Program-made: the position numbers and the translations under genes | Shown: one piece after another, positions 60,177 to 64,000 of the stretch | How positions within the stretch are numbered: position 1 is the first letter of the stretch | How the letters are laid out: every line of letters starts with the position of its first letter | The notes under the pieces: generated by a model | Databases searched by the model: none | What the model was told of the DNA's origin: nothing | What the model saw: the letters and a program-made list of their open reading frames with translations, nothing else | From: Gammaproteobacteria bacterium | GTDB taxonomy: Bacteria > Pseudomonadota > Gammaproteobacteria > Ga0077536 | Assembly (NCBI GenBank): GCA_009692365.1 | Contig: SHZJ01000017.1 | Location: 6,771 to 70,770 of the forward strand | Reading direction: 5' to 3' | DNA length: 64,000 nt

Positions 60177-61529
60177 ATGACCCGCCTTTTGGAGGGCGTC
60201 CTCGCCCTGATGGAAAGCTCGGCGCTGCCACTGGCGGTGGGCGGCGGGGTGGCGCTGCTGGTGGTTTTCTGGGGACGACGTTCGCTAATGCGCGCCGCCG
60301 GCACGAACCTGGCGCACGCGCAGGCGCTTCAACTGGCGCTGCTGGAAATCAAAACTCGGCTAGATTTAGCCGACACGCGCCGGGGTGCAGCGCAGGAACG
60401 CGCGTCCGAGGCTACGACAGCGCTGCGGGAACGCCTGCTCGAAGTCACCCTCGCCAACCAGTTGGCCATGACCAGCCAATTGGCCGAACATCGCACCGCC
60501 TTCGAGCAGCGTCAAAGCGCCAGCGTGCAGCAGCTGGCCGAAGCCCAGCAACAGGGGTTTCACCGGCTCCAGCAACAGCTAGCCGAGGCCTTGCAGCGCA
60601 GCGCCGCCGAGCTCGGGCAGCGAGTCGATGCGCTGACCCTCACCACCGCCGAAAAACTCAAGGAAATCGCCGGCCAAGTCGAGCAGCGTTTGGCCGAAGG
60701 TTTTGAAAAAACGACCGCCACCTTCGCCGATATATTGGTGCGGCTCGCGCTCATCGATGAGGCTCAGAAACGCATCACCGCACTGTCTGGCGAGGTCGTG
60801 GGTTTACAGCAAATTCTGGCCGACAAGCGCTCACGCGGCGCCTTTGGTGAAGTGCAGTTGGCGGGTCTGGTGCGTAACCTCATGCCGGCCAGCAGCTTCG
60901 ATCTGCAGCACACCCTACCCAACGGCAAAATTGCGGATTGTGTGCTGTTCATGCCGGCCCCCACCGGCACGCTGGCCATCGACGCAAAGTTTCCCTTGGA
61001 GTCCTATCGCCGCATGACCGATTTCGCGCTCAGCGAGACCGACCGGCGGCTAGCGGAGCGACAGTTCAAAGTCGATATTCGCAAGCACATCCGTGACATC
61101 GCGGAAAAATACATTATTCGCGACGTGACCGCCGAGGGCGCCGTGATGTTTCTGCCGGCCGAAGCCATTTTCGCCGAGATTCAGGCGCATCACGCCGATC
61201 TGGTGGACATCGCGCACGCCGCCCACGTCTGGATAGTCTCCCCCACCACCCTGTGGGCCGTGCTCAATACCGCCTGCGCGCTGCTCAAAGACGCTGCCAC
61301 ACGCGAGCAGGTAGACCTCATCCAAGTTCATTTAGGGCATCTTTCGCAAGACTTCGGACGCTTTACCACGCGCTTGGAAAACCTCGCACGACACATCGCG
61401 CAGGCTCACGAAGACGTGCAGAAGGTCAACACTTCGGCCCGCAGCATCACCGCGCGGTTCGAGAAAATCGAGCGTGTCGACCTCGCGACTAAGGCCCTGA
61501 CGGAGCCGGCGACGCCGGCGCCGGAATGA
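60177..61529 (+). CDS. rmuC: DNA recombination protein RmuC
   Basis: N-terminal TM helix, a long coiled-coil and the RmuC C-terminal domain (GTLAIDAKFPLESY ... MFLPAEAIF). Start set at MTRLLEG. Confidence 0.85.
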   Translation: MTRLLEGVLALMESSALPLAVGGGVALLVVFWGRRSLMRAAGTNLAHAQALQLALLEIKTRLDLADTRRGAAQERASEATTALRERLLEVTLANQLAMTSQLAEHRTAFEQRQSASVQQLAEAQQQGFHRLQQQLAEALQRSAAELGQRVDALTLTTAEKLKEIAGQVEQRLAEGFEKTTATFADILVRLALIDEAQKRITALSGEVVGLQQILADKRSRGAFGEVQLAGLVRNLMPASSFDLQHTLPNGKIADCVLFMPAPTGTLAIDAKFPLESYRRMTDFALSETDRRLAERQFKVDIRKHIRDIAEKYIIRDVTAEGAVMFLPAEAIFAEIQAHHADLVDIAHAAHVWIVSPTTLWAVLNTACALLKDAATREQVDLIQVHLGHLSQDFGRFTTRLENLARHIAQAHEDVQKVNTSARSITARFEKIERVDLATKALTEPATPAPE

Positions 61530-62322
61530 TGACGAGCCAAGCCACCCCACCACGCGGCGCGAGCGACGAGCGGCGACTCACGGGCATCATTTTTGAGGTC
61601 GACGGCACGCTAGCCGACACCGAGGAATTGCATCGGCAGGCCTTTAACGCGAGCTTTCGCGAATTCGATTTAACGTGGGAGTGGACCACCCCGGTCTACG
61701 AACAGCTGCTGTCCATCTCGGGCGGGCGCGAACGCATGGCCCACGATGCTGCCACCCTAGCCCCGCCCGGCGGGCCGGCCACCTTGACGCAGCAACGCAT
61801 CGCAGAAATCCATCGCGATAAAACCCGGCGTTACGGCCAATTGCTGAGTGCCGGAAGCCTGCGGCTGCGCCCGGGCGCCGCCCGACTCATGCAAGAGGCG
61901 CGGGCAGCGGGCGTGCGCTTGGTGATCGCCACCCGCTCTGCCGAGTGAACCTCGAAACCTTGTTGAATCTCCATCTATCGCCCGACTGGCCGCAGTGGTT
62001 TGCCGCGATCGAGACGTGCGACAGCGTACCGACAAAAAAGCCCGCCCCGGACGTTTATCAAGCGGCGCTCGCCGCCGCAGGGCTGTCGGCAAGCCATTGC
62101 GTGGCGATCGAAGACACCGTGAACGGCCTGCAAGCAGCCTTGGCCGCGGGCTTGCGCACGGTTATCACCACCCACCCGTATACCCGCTCACAGGTGTTCC
62201 CGGGGGCGGCGCTGGTGCTGGATGGCCTAGGCGAACCGACGCAGCCACCACGCTTGCAACAGGGTGACCTGTGCGGCCAAGCCTGCGTGAACGTGGAAGT
62301 ACTGCGCAGTCTGGTGCGCTGA
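61526..62322 (+). pseudogene. CbbY-like HAD-superfamily hydrolase interrupted by a 1-nt frameshift at ~61945 (two ORFs, 61526..61948 and 61945..62322)
   Basis: HAD motif I (IIFEVDGTLADTE), motif II/III (LVIATRS | VNLETLL ... KKPAPDVY) and motif IV (AIEDTVNGLQAA) are split between two frames. GCCGAGTGAACC would read ...AEVNLE... if one G were restored (GAGGTG). The ATG overlaps the rmuC TGA. Confidence 0.65.
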
Positions 62323-62369
62323 GCCGGTGCGGTTTTGTCGCCCGCGGTGCGGTGGCTCATTTGACCCCG

Positions 62370-63743
62370 CTACTTGATCAATAAATAGGCCGACTGCCGG
62401 CCACGCAACACCCCTAGCAGCAGTTGTCCGGGGCGCTGACCGACCACCGCGATAAACGACTCCACATCGCCGACTTCCAGCCGGTTGACCGAGAAAATGA
62501 CGTCGCCCTCACGCAGCCCAGCCTGCGCCGCCGGCGTGGTGGGCGACACCTTCACCACCACCACCCCGGCGATTTTGCCGAACATGGGCGAGTCCTCGGA
62601 GATATCGGCTACGCCAACCCCGGCCATTCGCGGATTGCCCGGCACGCCGGGACCACCCCTGGCCTCACGCTTGGCGACTTCGGTGCGCACGCGCAGCGGC
62701 TTACTGTCGCGCAGCAGGTCCAAGCTCAGGGCGTCGCCCACCCGCAACAACGCAATGCGATTGCGCAAGTCCGCAGCATCGCGGACCGGTTTGCCGTTGA
62801 TTGCGGTCACGACGTCACCGGGTTTCAAGCCCGCATGAGCGGCCGGGGAGCCGGCCGCGATGTTGACCAAAATGGCCCCGTGGTGGTCCTTGAGACCAAA
62901 CGCCGCGGCTAAATCGGGGTCGAGGTCCTGCATTTCTGCGCCCAAAAAGCCGCGATTAACCTCGCCAAACTTCACTAATTGCTCCATCACCAGCTGGGCC
63001 ATATTCATCGGGATGGCGAAACCAATGCCGATGTTGCCGCCACTTTGCGAGTAAATGGCGGTGTTGATCCCGATGAGTTCACCGCGCAGGTTGACCAACG
63101 CACCCCCGGAATTACCCGGGTTGATCGACGCATCGGTCTGGATCAGGTCTTCATAGCCGGTGATGCCCAAACCACTGCGCGCCAGCGCGCTGATGATCCC
63201 CGAGGTGACGGTCTGTCCCAGTCCAAAGGGATTGCCGATGGCTACGGCGAAATCACCCACCCGCAGGCGATCCGAATCCGCAATCGGCAGCGCCACCAAG
63301 CCGGTCGCGTTGATCTGAATAACGGCCACATCGGTCTCCGGATCGGAGCCCACCAGTTTGGCCGCGAACTGGCGGCCATCGGTCAGGCGCACTGAAATTT
63401 GGTCAGCGTTAGCGATGACGTGGTTGTTGGTCAGCACCAAGCCCCGCGCTGCGTCCACAATCACCCCGGAGCCGAGACTCTGGGTTTTGCGCTCGCGCGG
63501 GGCGTTGGGGGCATGGAAAAAACGCCGAAAGAAGGGGTCGTTGAAGAGCGGGTTGGATTTCAGTTCCACATGCCCTTGAGTGGCAATATTGACGACCGCT
63601 GGCATCACGCCTTCCAGCATGGGGGCCAAGGAGGGCACCGGAGCCAGCGCGCCCGCAGGCAGCAGCGCGGCGTTGGCGGCCAGCGCACTGCTCGCGGGCA
63701 ACACCGCCAGCCCAAGCGCCAAAAGTAAACCGAGTTTTCTCAT
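62370..63743 (-). CDS. degQ: DegP/DegQ-family periplasmic serine endoprotease (trypsin domain plus two PDZ domains)
   Basis: Signal peptide (MRKLGLLLALGLAVLPASSALA). Catalytic triad context (TNNHVI ... D ... GNSGGAL) and two PDZ-like regions. Confidence 0.9.
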   Translation of the reverse strand: MRKLGLLLALGLAVLPASSALAANAALLPAGALAPVPSLAPMLEGVMPAVVNIATQGHVELKSNPLFNDPFFRRFFHAPNAPRERKTQSLGSGVIVDAARGLVLTNNHVIANADQISVRLTDGRQFAAKLVGSDPETDVAVIQINATGLVALPIADSDRLRVGDFAVAIGNPFGLGQTVTSGIISALARSGLGITGYEDLIQTDASINPGNSGGALVNLRGELIGINTAIYSQSGGNIGIGFAIPMNMAQLVMEQLVKFGEVNRGFLGAEMQDLDPDLAAAFGLKDHHGAILVNIAAGSPAAHAGLKPGDVVTAINGKPVRDAADLRNRIALLRVGDALSLDLLRDSKPLRVRTEVAKREARGGPGVPGNPRMAGVGVADISEDSPMFGKIAGVVVVKVSPTTPAAQAGLREGDVIFSVNRLEVGDVESFIAVVGQRPGQLLLGVLRGRQSAYLLIK

Positions 63744-63816
63744 CGCAAAATACTCTCGCCGCCCGCACGGCATCCCGATCGATTGTTGCTGTGCCAATTG
63801 AAATCAGTGGCTAGCC

Positions 63817-64000
63817 TTACAGCCGTGCCGCCAAGGTCTTCATCACCAGCGCCTGTAGTCGCATGACTACCGTGATCGCCAGCGGCAGCGGCGTGGCACC
63901 GTGGCGCTGCGCGGTAGCGGCGTGCCGGGCCTCATCGCGCTGCATCTGCAGCAAGATTGCGCGACTTTTCCGGTCAACGACGGGTAGTTTGACCAACTGG
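63817..64000 (-). CDS. coq7: C-terminal fragment of demethoxyubiquinone hydroxylase Coq7-like (di-iron carboxylate protein); the gene continues beyond the window
   Basis: The translated tail (...LQMQRDEARHAATAQRHGATPLPLAITVVMRLQALVMKTLAARL*) matches the Coq7 C-terminal ExxH iron-ligand helix pattern. Confidence 0.55.
   Translation of the reverse strand, partial: QLVKLPVVDRKSRAILLQMQRDEARHAATAQRHGATPLPLAITVVMRLQALVMKTLAARL

Overview
This is a high-GC (roughly 65-70%) proteobacterial chromosomal segment that looks like core chromosome mixed with sensory and accessory functions; I see no phage genes, integrase or transposase. Housekeeping genes I recognise are a pantoate-reductase-family gene, divergent uvrA and ssb, pyruvate kinase, lon, zapE, rmuC, degP/degQ and a coq7 fragment. 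The sensory content is dense. It includes a nine-gene chemosensory operon on the minus strand (MCP, CheY, STAS, CheA, PAS-MCP, CheW, CheR, CheD, CheB, 23.3-32.3 kb). There is a REC-PAS-GGDEF-EAL gene next to a hybrid histidine kinase, a membrane GGDEF protein, and a sensor-HAMP-PP2C phosphatase. Two paralogous Hanks Ser/Thr kinases each carry an N-terminal receiver-like domain. Other notable genes are a short RuBisCO-like protein whose stop codon overlaps the start of a cupin gene, and three luciferase-like (LLM) oxidoreductase paralogs, one of them a two-lesion pseudogene. An orphan HlyB/HlyD type I secretion pair carries 11 in-frame copies of an 18-bp repeat inside hlyD, and a CbbY-like HAD hydrolase is split by a one-base frameshift. 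The most unusual non-genic object is a roughly 0.85-kb degenerate tandem-repeat tract (54.2-55.0 kb), open in all six frames, directly upstream of the second REC-kinase gene. Product names rest on motifs I can read in the translations, so family level is reliable and exact substrates are not.
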